Origin: Thermoanaerobaculia bacterium
GTDB lineage: Bacteria; Acidobacteriota; Thermoanaerobaculia; UBA5066
Direction: 5' to 3'
Assembly: GCA_963816185.1 (NCBI GenBank)
Contig: CAWFJJ010000025.1
Location: 352,001 to 416,000 of the forward strand
DNA length: 64,000 nucleotides
How positions within the stretch are numbered: position 1 is the stretch's first letter; each line of letters starts with the position of its first letter. Shown here piece by piece: positions 1 through 9,078 of this stretch. The translations under genes and the position numbers were made by a program. The notes beneath the pieces are model-generated. The model was not told the DNA's origin and did no database searches. It worked only from the letters and a program-made list of their open reading frames with translations.

Positions 1-941
1 GGTCCCCACACGCCGGCGAGCTCGGCGTCCCACTGCCCGACGTTGTCGACCCCGTTCATCGTCCCGGTGTTGAGAAACTTCGCCTTGCTGACCTTCGTGG
101 CCTCGGGTCGGGAGGAGAAGTCGATGGCGTACACGATCGGCGCGAAGGCCGCGGAGCTGGCCGAGGCGGCGTCCGGCGTGCGGTTGTTGTACGCGAAGCC
201 GATGTGGACGGCCTCCTTCTTGGACTGGAAGATCGGCGCGCCGCTCGCGCGGACGGCCCAGCCCCAGCCCTGGTCGACGCCCGTGCTGTCGACCGAAATC
301 GTCTGCATGAAGATGTCGGCGGAAGCCTGCCAGCGGTCGGCGCCGTAGTAGTAGCCGAAGCCGAGGCGGCGGTCCGGCGTCATGGCGTCGCTGTAGGAAC
401 GCTCGACGAACCAGATGTCCTTCGAGGACGTCAGGGTGTCGAACCCGAACGGCACCTTGAAGTGGCCCGCCTGGATCGTGCTGTCCGTGATGCCCGTGTA
501 GCCGACGAAGGCATCCTTGATGTCCGTGGCATTCTCGGCGAAGTCCACGGAGAGCTCGGAGATCCAGTCTTTCGCGACGGTGGCCTTGTAGCCGATGCGC
601 ACGCGGCGGAGCGTGAAGCCGTTCGAAAGGCGGTTGTCGGAGTCGCTGTTGAACAGGCCGTCGAGCTGCACGCGGCCGGTGAGGCGGAACTTGTAGGCGC
701 CGTCCGCGCTCTCCCACCCGAGCTGGCCCTTGTCCGTGACGGCCCGGAGCTCGATGCCCTTCTTCTTCTTGGTGTCCTTGTCCGCGGCCTTCGTCTCGGC
801 CTTGGCGGCATCCTTCTTCGTGAGCTTCTCGACCTGCTGCTCGAGGTCACGAATCCTCTTCTCGGTGTCGGTGGGCTCCTGCGCCATGACCGGCACGGCC
901 AGCAGGGCGAGGAGCAGGGGGGTCACGAGAGACTTCTTCAT
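1..941 (-). CDS. OprO/OprP-family phosphate/pyrophosphate-selective porin (3' end runs off the window)
   Basis: Not in the ORF track; translated by hand: MKKSLVTPLLLALLAVPVMA signal peptide, coiled coil, then GRVQLD, LRRVRIG, IKDAFVGY, GHFKVPFG, FVERS, DRRLG porin O/P motifs. SD AGGAG upstream. Confidence 0.8.
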   Translation of the reverse strand, partial: MKKSLVTPLLLALLAVPVMAQEPTDTEKRIRDLEQQVEKLTKKDAAKAETKAADKDTKKKKGIELRAVTDKGQLGWESADGAYKFRLTGRVQLDGLFNSDSDNRLSNGFTLRRVRIGYKATVAKDWISELSVDFAENATDIKDAFVGYTGITDSTIQAGHFKVPFGFDTLTSSKDIWFVERSYSDAMTPDRRLGFGYYYGADRWQASADIFMQTISVDSTGVDQGWGWAVRASGAPIFQSKKEAVHIGFAYNNRTPDAASASSAAFAPIVYAIDFSSRPEATKVSKAKFLNTGTMNGVDNVGQWDAELAGVWG

Positions 942-1006
942 GGTTTCTCCTACTCGTTTTGGCGCCTTGCCCCGCGGGCGAGGCACATCGTCGTCTGAAC
1001 CTGTTT

Positions 1007-1022
1007 CGCAAACCTCGAGCCA
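1007..1022 (-). promoter_or_regulatory. sigma-54 (-24/-12) promoter of the porin gene
   Basis: Minus strand reads TGGCTCGAGGTTTGCG, i.e. GG-N10-GC. Confidence 0.75.
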
Positions 1023-1098
1023 TGTCGGGGCGGAGTGCCAAGTTCTTGTTGGAGAATCGCTTGGGCTCTTGTCTCGCCGCGGCACCACGCGCGCTTGC

Positions 1099-1135
1099 GT
1101 GCGGGAAACCGCACTCGCTGTGCGGCTCACCGCTC
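1099..1135. promoter_or_regulatory. Tandem palindromic enhancer (UAS type A)
   Basis: GTGCGGGAAACCGCAC-tcgct-GTGCGGCTCACCGCTC; near-identical copy at 3951-3987. Confidence 0.7.
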
Positions 1136-1151
1136 GGAAGGCAGCGGCGGG

Positions 1152-1192
1152 AAAAAAGAGGGGAAGCGGGCAGGAGGTGGCCCCGCTTCCCC
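1152..1192 (-). terminator. Rho-independent terminator after the pyrophosphatase gene
   Basis: 11-bp stem GGGGAAGCGGG/CCCGCTTCCCC followed on the minus strand by TCTTTTTT. Confidence 0.8.
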
Positions 1193-1218
1193 ATGCAATC
1201 GAAAGACGTGGAGAGCGG

Positions 1219-1986
1219 CTACTCGCCGAGGTTCTTCGCGCCCGGCCAGCGGTAGAGGTAGGGGTTGCCCTTCTCGTCGAGCGGCCGGCGGTCGGCGTCT
1301 GTCGTGACGGACTTCTCGTAGTCGAGGACGGCGTCGCCGATGAGCTTGATCGTCTCGGTGCGGCCCTTGAAACCCGGCGAGTTCAGGAAGAGCTTGCCGT
1401 CCTTGTCCCGGCCCTTGTAGGACGTGAACCAGGTCTGCAGGATCGAGGTCACCCCGGGGAACTTGCGGTCCAGCTCGTCGATGCTGCGCACCGGGAAGAA
1501 CGGCGTGTTCTCCATGACGACGACGACCTTGTCGTCCTTTTCGCCGGTGTCCATCAGGCTCATGATTCCGATCGCGCGGCCGCGCACGACGGAGCCCGTC
1601 GGGACGGACGGCCCGAGAACGAGCGCGTCCAGCGCGTCGCCGTCGCCGCCCTTCGACTTCAGGAAGACGGAGCGCGGGATGTTCCCGTAGTTGCACGGGT
1701 AGCCGAGGTACTGCACGTACCGCGGGGCGCCGTTCTTCTGCTCGAGCTCGATGTTCCCGGACTTCAGGTCGACCATGTACTTGGCGGTCGTGCCCGCGGG
1801 GATCTCGATGACGACGTTGACGGTCCCGTCCACGTTGACGGGGTCGTAACCGTTCAGGAAGTTCCTCTCGCCCTTGAGGACGGAGACCTGCGGCTGAAGC
1901 GTCTCGGCGGCGGCCGAGAGGCCGACGGCCGTCCCGAGCAGCAGCGCGAGGGCGACGACGCCGGACTTGATGAGGTTCTTCTTCAT
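1219..1986 (-). CDS. ppa: Family I inorganic pyrophosphatase with N-terminal signal peptide
   Basis: IEIPAG..K, YPCNYG, DGDALD, MDxGEKDDK and YK motifs; Sec-type leader MKKNLIKSGVVALALLLGTAVGLSAAA. Confidence 0.85.
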   Translation of the reverse strand: MKKNLIKSGVVALALLLGTAVGLSAAAETLQPQVSVLKGERNFLNGYDPVNVDGTVNVVIEIPAGTTAKYMVDLKSGNIELEQKNGAPRYVQYLGYPCNYGNIPRSVFLKSKGGDGDALDALVLGPSVPTGSVVRGRAIGIMSLMDTGEKDDKVVVVMENTPFFPVRSIDELDRKFPGVTSILQTWFTSYKGRDKDGKLFLNSPGFKGRTETIKLIGDAVLDYEKSVTTDADRRPLDEKGNPYLYRWPGAKNLGE

Positions 1987-2009
1987 GGTGTGTCAGCTCC
2001 TCGTTTCAT

Positions 2010-2855
2010 TTACGACGGGTCGTCGTTGTTCGCGGCCTTGGGCTTCTTCGTCTTCTTCTTCGGGGCGTCGGCCGGCTTGTCGGCGGGCTTCTCGTCGGCC
2101 TTCGTCGCCGTCGTCTCGGCCGGCTTGGGTGCTTCGAACGCCTTCTCGTACCGGATCACGGGCGCCCCGGCCTCCATCACCACCACGTGCGGGCGGCTCT
2201 TCTTCTTCGCGTCGTCGTACGCGAGCTTCGGGCTCTTCATGAGCTCCTCCCGGATCTCCTCGGGCGCGTACTCGAGGAGGTAGGCGACGTTCCCCCACGT
2301 CGCCGCGCCCGGGTCCACGATCTCGTGGATGTACTTCGCGGCGTTCACGAGCTGCTCCGGCGTGCGGTCCGTGTTGTGCTTCGAGTAGCGGCCCGACTTG
2401 TTGTTGAGCGTCCAGGTGTTCGAGGCCTTGTCGTAGAGGATCTCGCCGCTGATGCGGCCCGGGGCGCCGCCGAGCTCCGACACGTGCCCGAAGTTCTCGC
2501 GCGTGCCGGGCTTGCGCTGGGACTGGTCCTCCGGGCGGAAGAAGCCCTTCTCGTAGGTGCGGCCGAGCGGGTGGGCGGCCTCGGGGGCGATCGCGACGCG
2601 GCCTTCCGTGTCGATGACCCAGTTGTACGGCGCTTGCTTCACGTCGAGGATGGCCGGGAACTCTTTCGAGGCGATCTGAAGGTACGGGTTCAGGATCACC
2701 TTTCCGGTCTTGTCGGCCTCGTAGTGCTTGATGTACGCGGGCTGCGACGCGACCCCGAACTGCTGGTCGAGCGAAGCCGGAGCCTCGGCACACAAGGGCA
2801 GCGCCGAGAGGAGCAGGGCTCCGAGTAGGGTCTTGAGCGTTTGTCTCATCGTCAT
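2010..2855 (-). CDS. Secreted protein of unknown function (GHVSELGG..RISGEI..NNKSGRY motif)
   Basis: Signal peptide, SD upstream, lies in the operon between the CYTH-like gene and ppa. Confidence 0.7.
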   Translation of the reverse strand: MTMRQTLKTLLGALLLSALPLCAEAPASLDQQFGVASQPAYIKHYEADKTGKVILNPYLQIASKEFPAILDVKQAPYNWVIDTEGRVAIAPEAAHPLGRTYEKGFFRPEDQSQRKPGTRENFGHVSELGGAPGRISGEILYDKASNTWTLNNKSGRYSKHNTDRTPEQLVNAAKYIHEIVDPGAATWGNVAYLLEYAPEEIREELMKSPKLAYDDAKKKSRPHVVVMEAGAPVIRYEKAFEAPKPAETTATKADEKPADKPADAPKKKTKKPKAANNDDPS

Positions 2856-2889
2856 GCGTCTCCTTGGGTCTTGGTCTTGAATCTCGTGG

Positions 2890-3849
2890 CTATTTCGCCG
2901 TCACCGGTCTGTTCATGAGCTTGCGGACCTTCGAGCCCCCCCACTTGGGGCCGTCGGGCATGGCGAGAGAGGAGAGCTCGCCCATGACGACCTTGAGAAG
3001 GAACTGCTCACCGGCCGCGTGAACCTCGGCAATGTTGTAGAAGTCGAGGTCGCCGTAGCCGTATGAGAAGTCGTAGAGGTACGGCGCGCCGCCCTCCTTC
3101 GTGGCCCAGCCCTCCATCGAGACGCCGCAGGGCTCCGTGCCGGGCAGGACGACGGCGCCGGGGCGGACGCGATAGGACCACGCCTTCGTCCCGACGAGCT
3201 TCGTCGTGGCGGGGAGGCCCAGCTTGAGGAGCTCGGGCATGTACTTCCCGAAGTCGCCGAGCGTCCTCTCGCCGAGGTCGGCGGGCTTGACGCTGAAGCT
3301 GGATCCCTTCTCGATGATCTCGACGAGGCCGCCGCCGGGAGCGGGGCCGACGTTGCCCTCGGCCTCGGTCTTCGTCTTGAGGTCGACGACGGCGAGCGGG
3401 GTCGCGAGCGTCCTGACCGCGTCGTCCATGACCGACTTGACGGTCACGCCGACGTTTTCATCGGGCTTGCCGTCCTTGTACTTCGTCGTGATGCGGACGA
3501 GGTAGCCCTTGTTCCAGAGCGCCTGGTCGGGCGTGTCGAAGTATTCCTTCGTCGACATCTCGAGCTTGAGCGGGTTCTTCTCCTTTTCGGCGACGGTGAA
3601 GCCTTTCTTGGCAGCGGCGGCCTTGACCTGGCCCCAGATGTCCTTGAAGGCCTCTTCCGGCGTCCCTTTGGTTTTCGCGGGGTCGATGAGGAACTTGTAT
3701 TCGCGCCCGCCGACGTCCTCGAGCTTCGGGGCGGGGTACTTGGCGATGGTCTGCTCGTAGAGCGGCTTCGGAGCGTCGGCCGCGGCCACCATGCCGACGG
3801 CGGCGACGACGGCCGCGAGGAGCAGCCGTGGGACGGCACGGGTCTTCAT
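2890..3849 (-). CDS. Secreted CYTH/triphosphate-tunnel-like protein
   Basis: Start MKTRAVPR after AGGAGG; signal peptide; REYKFL (ExExK-like) and YFDTPDQALWNKGYLVRI motifs. Confidence 0.65.
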   Translation of the reverse strand: MKTRAVPRLLLAAVVAAVGMVAAADAPKPLYEQTIAKYPAPKLEDVGGREYKFLIDPAKTKGTPEEAFKDIWGQVKAAAAKKGFTVAEKEKNPLKLEMSTKEYFDTPDQALWNKGYLVRITTKYKDGKPDENVGVTVKSVMDDAVRTLATPLAVVDLKTKTEAEGNVGPAPGGGLVEIIEKGSSFSVKPADLGERTLGDFGKYMPELLKLGLPATTKLVGTKAWSYRVRPGAVVLPGTEPCGVSMEGWATKEGGAPYLYDFSYGYGDLDFYNIAEVHAAGEQFLLKVVMGELSSLAMPDGPKWGGSKVRKLMNRPVTAK

Positions 3850-3871
3850 GAAAATCCTCCTGCGGCTGCGG

Positions 3872-3887
3872 TGCAAGGCTCGAGCCA
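3872..3887 (-). promoter_or_regulatory. sigma-54 promoter of the CYTH-unknown-ppa operon
   Basis: Minus strand reads TGGCTCGAGCCTTGCA (GG-N10-GC). Confidence 0.8.
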
Positions 3888-3950
3888 CGCCGCCGAGAGC
3901 GCCTAGTCCTTCGGGATGAGCTGGATGGAGACCCAGCCGGAGGGTGTCGG

Positions 3951-3987
3951 GTGCGGAAAACCGCACTTGCTGTGCGGGGGGCCGCTC
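3951..3987. promoter_or_regulatory. Tandem palindromic enhancer (UAS type A, second copy)
   Basis: GTGCGGAAAACCGCAC-ttgct-GTGCGGGGGGCCGCTC. Confidence 0.7.
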
Positions 3988-5332
3988 AGTCGCCCGCGGG
4001 GGCGAGCCCGAGAACCTTGAGGCGGTCGTAGAGGGTCCGTCGGGCCATCCCGAGGACGGCGGCGGCCTCTGCGACGTTGCCTCCCGTGTGCTGCAGGACG
4101 CGCTCGATGTGGAGCCGCTCCATCTCCTTCATCGTCGCGAGCTCGCCCTCGGGCGTGGCGGCGGGCCGGGAGCCGTCCAGGCTCACGTCGAGGGCCTCGA
4201 GCCGGTCACCCTTGAGGAGGATCATCGCGCGCTCGAGGACGTTCGCGAGTTCGCGGATATTCCCGGGCCATGGGTAGCGCAGCAGCTGCGATTCCGCGAG
4301 GGTGCCGAGCTGGACCTCGGGCTTGCCCATGCGGCCGCAGACGCTCTGGAGGATGTGTTGCGCGAGGACCGGGATGTCCTCCGTCCGCTCGCGCAGGGGC
4401 GGGATCCTGAGGGTGAGCGTGCTGACGCGGTAGTACAGGTCGTCGCGAAACTTCTTCTCCCGCACGGCTTCCTCGAGGTCGAGATTCGTGCTCGCGAGGA
4501 GCCGGATGTCGACGTGACGATCCCGCACGTCGCCGAGACGGCGGAAAGTCTTCTCCTCGAGGGCCTTCAGGAGCTTGGGCTGGATCGCGGGGTCCATGTC
4601 GCCGATCTCGTCGAGGAAGACGATCCCGCGGTGGCCGACCTCGAGAAGCCCCTGCTTCGGGCTCACGGCGCCCGTGAACGCGCCTCGCTCGTAGCCGAAC
4701 AGCTCGGACTCGAGAAGCTCGCGCGAGAGTCCCGCGCAGTTCAGGTTGACGAAAGCCTCCTCGCGGCGCGGGCCGTTCGCGTGGATCCAGCGCGCGAGGA
4801 TGCCTTTACCCGAGCCCGTCTCGCCGAGGATGAGGACGGGACTGTCCCACTCGAGCATGAGGCGCGCGCGCTCCTCGAGCTCCTTGAGCACCCGGCTCAC
4901 GCCGAGGAACGGGTCGAATGCGCCCGGCTGCTCGCGGAGGGCGACTTCCTGACGTTTGCGGAGGCGCTGCTGCTCGAGGAGGCGGCGCACGAGAACGAGG
5001 AGAGCCTTGGACTCCACGGGCTTCGTCAGGAACTGTTCGGCGCCCTCCTTGATCGCGCGGACGGCGAGGTCGATAGAGCCGTGCGCGGTCAGGATGATGA
5101 AGGGCGTGTCCTCGCTGATCTTCTTGACCTCGGGCAGAAGGTCCAGAGAGGTGCCGTCGGGCAGGCTGTAGTCGGCGACGACGATGTCGTGCCCGACCTC
5201 GCGGAATCGCTCGAGAGCCTTCCGGTACGTCTCGGTCTCGTCGACGTCCAGGCCGTTCGCGCGAAGGAACGCGGCCATCCCGTGGCGCACCGCCGGATCG
5301 TCTTCGACGAGGAGGATCCGCGACTCAGGCAC
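3986..5332 (-). CDS. NtrC-family sigma-54 response regulator (REC-AAA+-Fis HTH)
   Basis: LLVEDD receiver, GETGSGK, GAFTGA, FLDEIG, WPGNIREL, C-terminal HTH. Confidence 0.95.
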   Translation of the reverse strand: MPESRILLVEDDPAVRHGMAAFLRANGLDVDETETYRKALERFREVGHDIVVADYSLPDGTSLDLLPEVKKISEDTPFIILTAHGSIDLAVRAIKEGAEQFLTKPVESKALLVLVRRLLEQQRLRKRQEVALREQPGAFDPFLGVSRVLKELEERARLMLEWDSPVLILGETGSGKGILARWIHANGPRREEAFVNLNCAGLSRELLESELFGYERGAFTGAVSPKQGLLEVGHRGIVFLDEIGDMDPAIQPKLLKALEEKTFRRLGDVRDRHVDIRLLASTNLDLEEAVREKKFRDDLYYRVSTLTLRIPPLRERTEDIPVLAQHILQSVCGRMGKPEVQLGTLAESQLLRYPWPGNIRELANVLERAMILLKGDRLEALDVSLDGSRPAATPEGELATMKEMERLHIERVLQHTGGNVAEAAAVLGMARRTLYDRLKVLGLAPAGD

Positions 5333-7246
5333 GTGTCGCCTCCGGGAGCTCCATCCTCAGGCGGGGTGCCGGGAGCCTCACGGTGACGCGTGCGCCTCCC
5401 CCGGCCGGTTGCTGGCTTCCACGGTGCCGCCGTGCTCCTCGACGACGCGTTTCACGATCGAGAGCCCGAGCCCCGTACCGCCCGCCCGGCGCGTGAAGAA
5501 GGGCTCGAACGCCCGCAACAGGGTCTCGCCCTCGAAGCCGGGTCCGTCGTCGTCGACGGAGAAGGACCACGAGTCGTGGCCGGCGGCGCCTGTGCGACGG
5601 CCGGTCACCGTGACGACGCTCCCGCTTGGCGCGTGCTGCAGCGCGTTCTCGAGGAGGTTGCGGAAGACCTGGTGCATGCGCCGCGCGTTCAGCGGGAGGA
5701 CGAGCCCCTCATCCTCGAGGTCGATGTGCACCGTGCACGAGGCGGCCGCCGCCGCCGCCTCGCACGACCGCCACGCGTCGCCGAGCAGTCCGCGCACGAG
5801 GCACGGCTCGGGGTTCAGCGTGCGTGGCTCGCCGTAGTCGCGAAGGTCGTTCATGAGGTTCGAAATCCGCTCGGCGCTTTCCCGAAGGGCCGACACGAAG
5901 GAGGCGTACCGAGGCTCGTCGCCGAAGGTCGCCTCGAGCGCGTCGAGGTTGATCGAGATCCCGTAGACGGGATTTCGGATCTCGTGGACGACGCCGCCGA
6001 CGAGGGCGCGGAGCGACTCCTCGGCGCGCCGCCGCTCCGTGATGTCCGTGCACAGGCCCGCCACGCGCGTCGCGCGGCCCGCGGCGTCCCAGGCCACGAT
6101 CTTTCCGGCGTCGAAGATCCAGATCCACTCGCCCGTCCGCGCGCGGATGCGGTACTCCGCCTGGTAGCGAGGGAGCCGGCCCTCGAGATGGGCGTTGAGC
6201 GCGGCCTCGACCTGGCGTCGGTCCTCCGGATGGATCCGGTCGAGGCCCGCGGCGAGCGTCGCCTCGACGGAGCCGGGGTCGAGGCCGGTCATCTCGAACC
6301 AGCGCGGGCTCCGGTAGAGCCGGCCGCTCCCGAGATCCCAGTCCCACAGCCCCTGCTGCGTGCCCTCGAGCGCGTGGTTGAGCCGCTCCTCGCTCGCGCG
6401 CAGGGCCGCGAGGGCCTCCTTGAGGGCCGTGATGTCGCGCGAGATCCCCGCGATGCGGTGGATGCGCCCCCACTTGTTTCGCACCGGCGTGAGGACCGTC
6501 TGGAAGATCCGCGTGCGCCCCCCGAGGGCGTGCTCCTCCTCGAACTGGAGCGGCCGTCCTTCCGCCTGGACGCGCTCGAAGTGGGGAACGAGCTGGGCGG
6601 CGCTCGTCCCGTCGAGACAGTCGGCGGCGGCGCGGCCCGCGAAGTCGGGGTTCAGGAAACCAATCCCCGCGTTCAGCGGGGGGTTCACGGTCTCGAACGT
6701 CATGACGCCGTCCTCGGCGATGCCGAGGACGTAGATCCAGTCGAAGAGGTTCGGGAACAGGCCGTCGACTCCCCGCTCCGCGCCATCGGAAGGTGCGGGA
6801 GCCGCCGCGGCGGCGAGACCGTGCTCGGGCGAGGCGAGCCGGGCGCGAACGCGCGCGCGCGCCGCCGCTTCCGGAAGGGAGGCGAGCTCGACGACGAGCT
6901 CGTGCACGCCGGCGGCCAGGAGCGCGGCCTCGAGATCAGGACGCTTCTCCGGCACGCGGGCAACGACGGGCAGCGAGGGATTGAGGGCCTGGAACGCGCG
7001 CAGCGGCTCGAGGTCGGGCGAGGCGCCGTCTCCCGCCCACAGGAGGAGGACGTCGTCCGCCGCGGCGCGAAAGTCGACGAGGAGAGCTTCGTTCCAACAC
7101 GTCACGTCGAGGACCAGGGGCGTGTCGTCCGGCCCGGGAAGGACGGCCCGGACGTCCGGAGGCACTCCCACCGCGAGGATCCGCCGCGTCGCCGGAAGCG
7201 TCTCTCGCGCCGGGGCTCCCTCGACCGCGACGTGGATTTCGTCCAT
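5325..7246 (-). CDS. Soluble PAS-PAS sensor histidine kinase with degenerate N-terminal receiver-like domain; frameshift near 5400
   Basis: HEIRNP, NLLENA, DDGPG, FEPFFT and GTGLGL boxes; no TM segment. One extra G in the G5 run restores NRPGGGARVTVRLP and a stop overlapping the regulator start. Confidence 0.85.
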
Positions 7247-7259
7247 ACAGGCTCCCCGC

Positions 7260-8399
7260 TCAGCGGTCCGAGGATAACGGGTTTCCGCCATCCGGGACCG
7301 GGGAGGCCGGCCCGACGACCGCCGCGGCCGGAGGGGCACCCCGGCGACCCGGTGACGCCGCGCTGACCGGCAACTCGAACACGTTCTGAAAAACGAAGAG
7401 GCCGACGAGGGAAAAGACGAGGGCGGCGAGGGGCGCCGCCACCCACCCCGCCGCGATCTCGCCGAGCGCCCGGAACCGGATGCCGCTCCTTCTCACGAGC
7501 GAGATCCCGAGAATCGCGCCGACGACCGCCTGCGAGCCCGAGATGGGGACGAGGGGCCAGCCCGGCAGTCCGAGGGACCTCAGAAGCGCCTGCAGTTCCT
7601 TCGAACCGAAGAGGAAGAGGACCGTTGACGCCGAGAGGACGACGATGAGCGCGGCGAGAGGGGACAGCGAGGTGAGGCCGGCCCCCAGACGGACCATGAT
7701 CTGCCGCGAGTACGTCGTGATTCCGGCCGCGATCGCGAGGCCGCCGAGGAAGAAGAGCATCTGGACGCTCGTCGCGCTGAAGCCGCCGAGCGAGACCGAC
7801 TCCGGGAAGGGCGAGACCCTCACGAAGACGCCCATGACGTTCGCGATCGCGTTCTGTCCCAGGCTGAACGCCGCGAACGCGCCGACGCCGATCAGTCCGG
7901 CCCGCGTCCAGACGTCGACCTCGAGATCGTGCACCTTGAGGCGCGGAATCGCCGCACGTGCTCCCACGAAGAGCAGCGCGGCCAGGGCGCCGGCGAGCGC
8001 GGGGCTCACGACCCACGAGGAGAGGAGCGTCGAGAGAGTCGCGAGGTCGGTCGGCCGGCCCGTGAAGAGATTCCAGCCCACGATCGCGCCGACGATCGAC
8101 TGGGTGATCGAAACCGGAAGCCTGTTGCGCGTCAGAAGGATGACGACGGCGAGGCCCGCGGCGAGCGCGACGACGAAGGCCCCCGCAGGAGCGTCGATCG
8201 CACCCAGTCGGCCCAGCGTGCGTGCCGTTCCATGCGCGCCCGCGACGGCGCCGATCACCACGAAGACCGCCGCGACCCAGGCCGCGGTCCGGAACCGCAC
8301 CATCCGCGTGCCGACGGCCGTGCCGAAGATGTTCGCGCCGTCATTCGCGCCGAGGGACCATCCGAGGAAGATCCCGCTGGAGAGGAAGAGCCACGTCAC
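7260..8399 (-). CDS. pit: PiT-family inorganic phosphate transporter
   Basis: GANDGANIFGTAVG signature, PVSITQ, second half GQNAIAN; multiple TM segments. Confidence 0.9.
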   Translation of the reverse strand: MTWLFLSSGIFLGWSLGANDGANIFGTAVGTRMVRFRTAAWVAAVFVVIGAVAGAHGTARTLGRLGAIDAPAGAFVVALAAGLAVVILLTRNRLPVSITQSIVGAIVGWNLFTGRPTDLATLSTLLSSWVVSPALAGALAALLFVGARAAIPRLKVHDLEVDVWTRAGLIGVGAFAAFSLGQNAIANVMGVFVRVSPFPESVSLGGFSATSVQMLFFLGGLAIAAGITTYSRQIMVRLGAGLTSLSPLAALIVVLSASTVLFLFGSKELQALLRSLGLPGWPLVPISGSQAVVGAILGISLVRRSGIRFRALGEIAAGWVAAPLAALVFSLVGLFVFQNVFELPVSAASPGRRGAPPAAAVVGPASPVPDGGNPLSSDR

Positions 8400-8412
8400 G
8401 GCCGCACCCCCG

Positions 8413-9057
8413 CTAGATCGTCCGTTTGATCGTGTAGATCGAGAGGCGGTCGGCCACGTCCTCGGCGCGGTCCGAGAGCGTCTCGACGTGCAGGCAGAAG
8501 TAGCGGAGGTGGATCTTGTGCGCAAGGTCGAGATCCATCGCGAAGATGCGCCGCTTCAGCCGGTCCGCGAGGCGGTCCGCTTCCTTTTCGTAGAAGTAGA
8601 CCTTGTGGATGTGGTCGGGCACGGCCGTGATGTCGCGGAAGAACGCGCGGACCGCCGAGACGAGGTGCTGGGCACCCTCGACCCCGGCCTTCGCGAGCTC
8701 GAGGTAATCGCTCGCGAGGTCGGCGGGGACGTCGGGGCGCTCGACCGCGAACTGGTTGAGCGTCTTCTTCGCCTCGTCGATCACGTTGTCGATGTTCTCG
8801 AGGAGGCCGAGGACGTCGCCGCGGTGGTCCGGGATCAGGGACTCGCGGTAGAGCCGCGTCTCGATCTCGCGTCTCAGTCCGTCCGCCTTCCTCTCGAACT
8901 CGGCGATCGCCATGAGGTGCTGCTGGAAGCGCTCCTCGTTCTTCTGGAGATAGTCCGCGATCCCCTGCTGGAAGACGAGCGTCCCCTCGCTGATCGCATC
9001 GAGTAGCCCGTCGATCTGCGCCTCGATGGCCCGCGTGCGGCGGAAGAGTAGTGTCAT
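8413..9057 (-). CDS. DUF47 (PhoU-like) phosphate transport regulator
   Basis: Repeated ERKAD/EKEAD helical motifs; directly upstream of pit. Confidence 0.9.
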   Translation of the reverse strand: MTLLFRRTRAIEAQIDGLLDAISEGTLVFQQGIADYLQKNEERFQQHLMAIAEFERKADGLRREIETRLYRESLIPDHRGDVLGLLENIDNVIDEAKKTLNQFAVERPDVPADLASDYLELAKAGVEGAQHLVSAVRAFFRDITAVPDHIHKVYFYEKEADRLADRLKRRIFAMDLDLAHKIHLRYFCLHVETLSDRAEDVADRLSIYTIKRTI

Positions 9058-9078
9058 GTCCTGACCCCCAGGAGCGCC

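Noticed and set aside
2010-2855. Polymorphic toxin call
   Set aside because: No delivery domain or immunity gene, and the operon context is metabolic.
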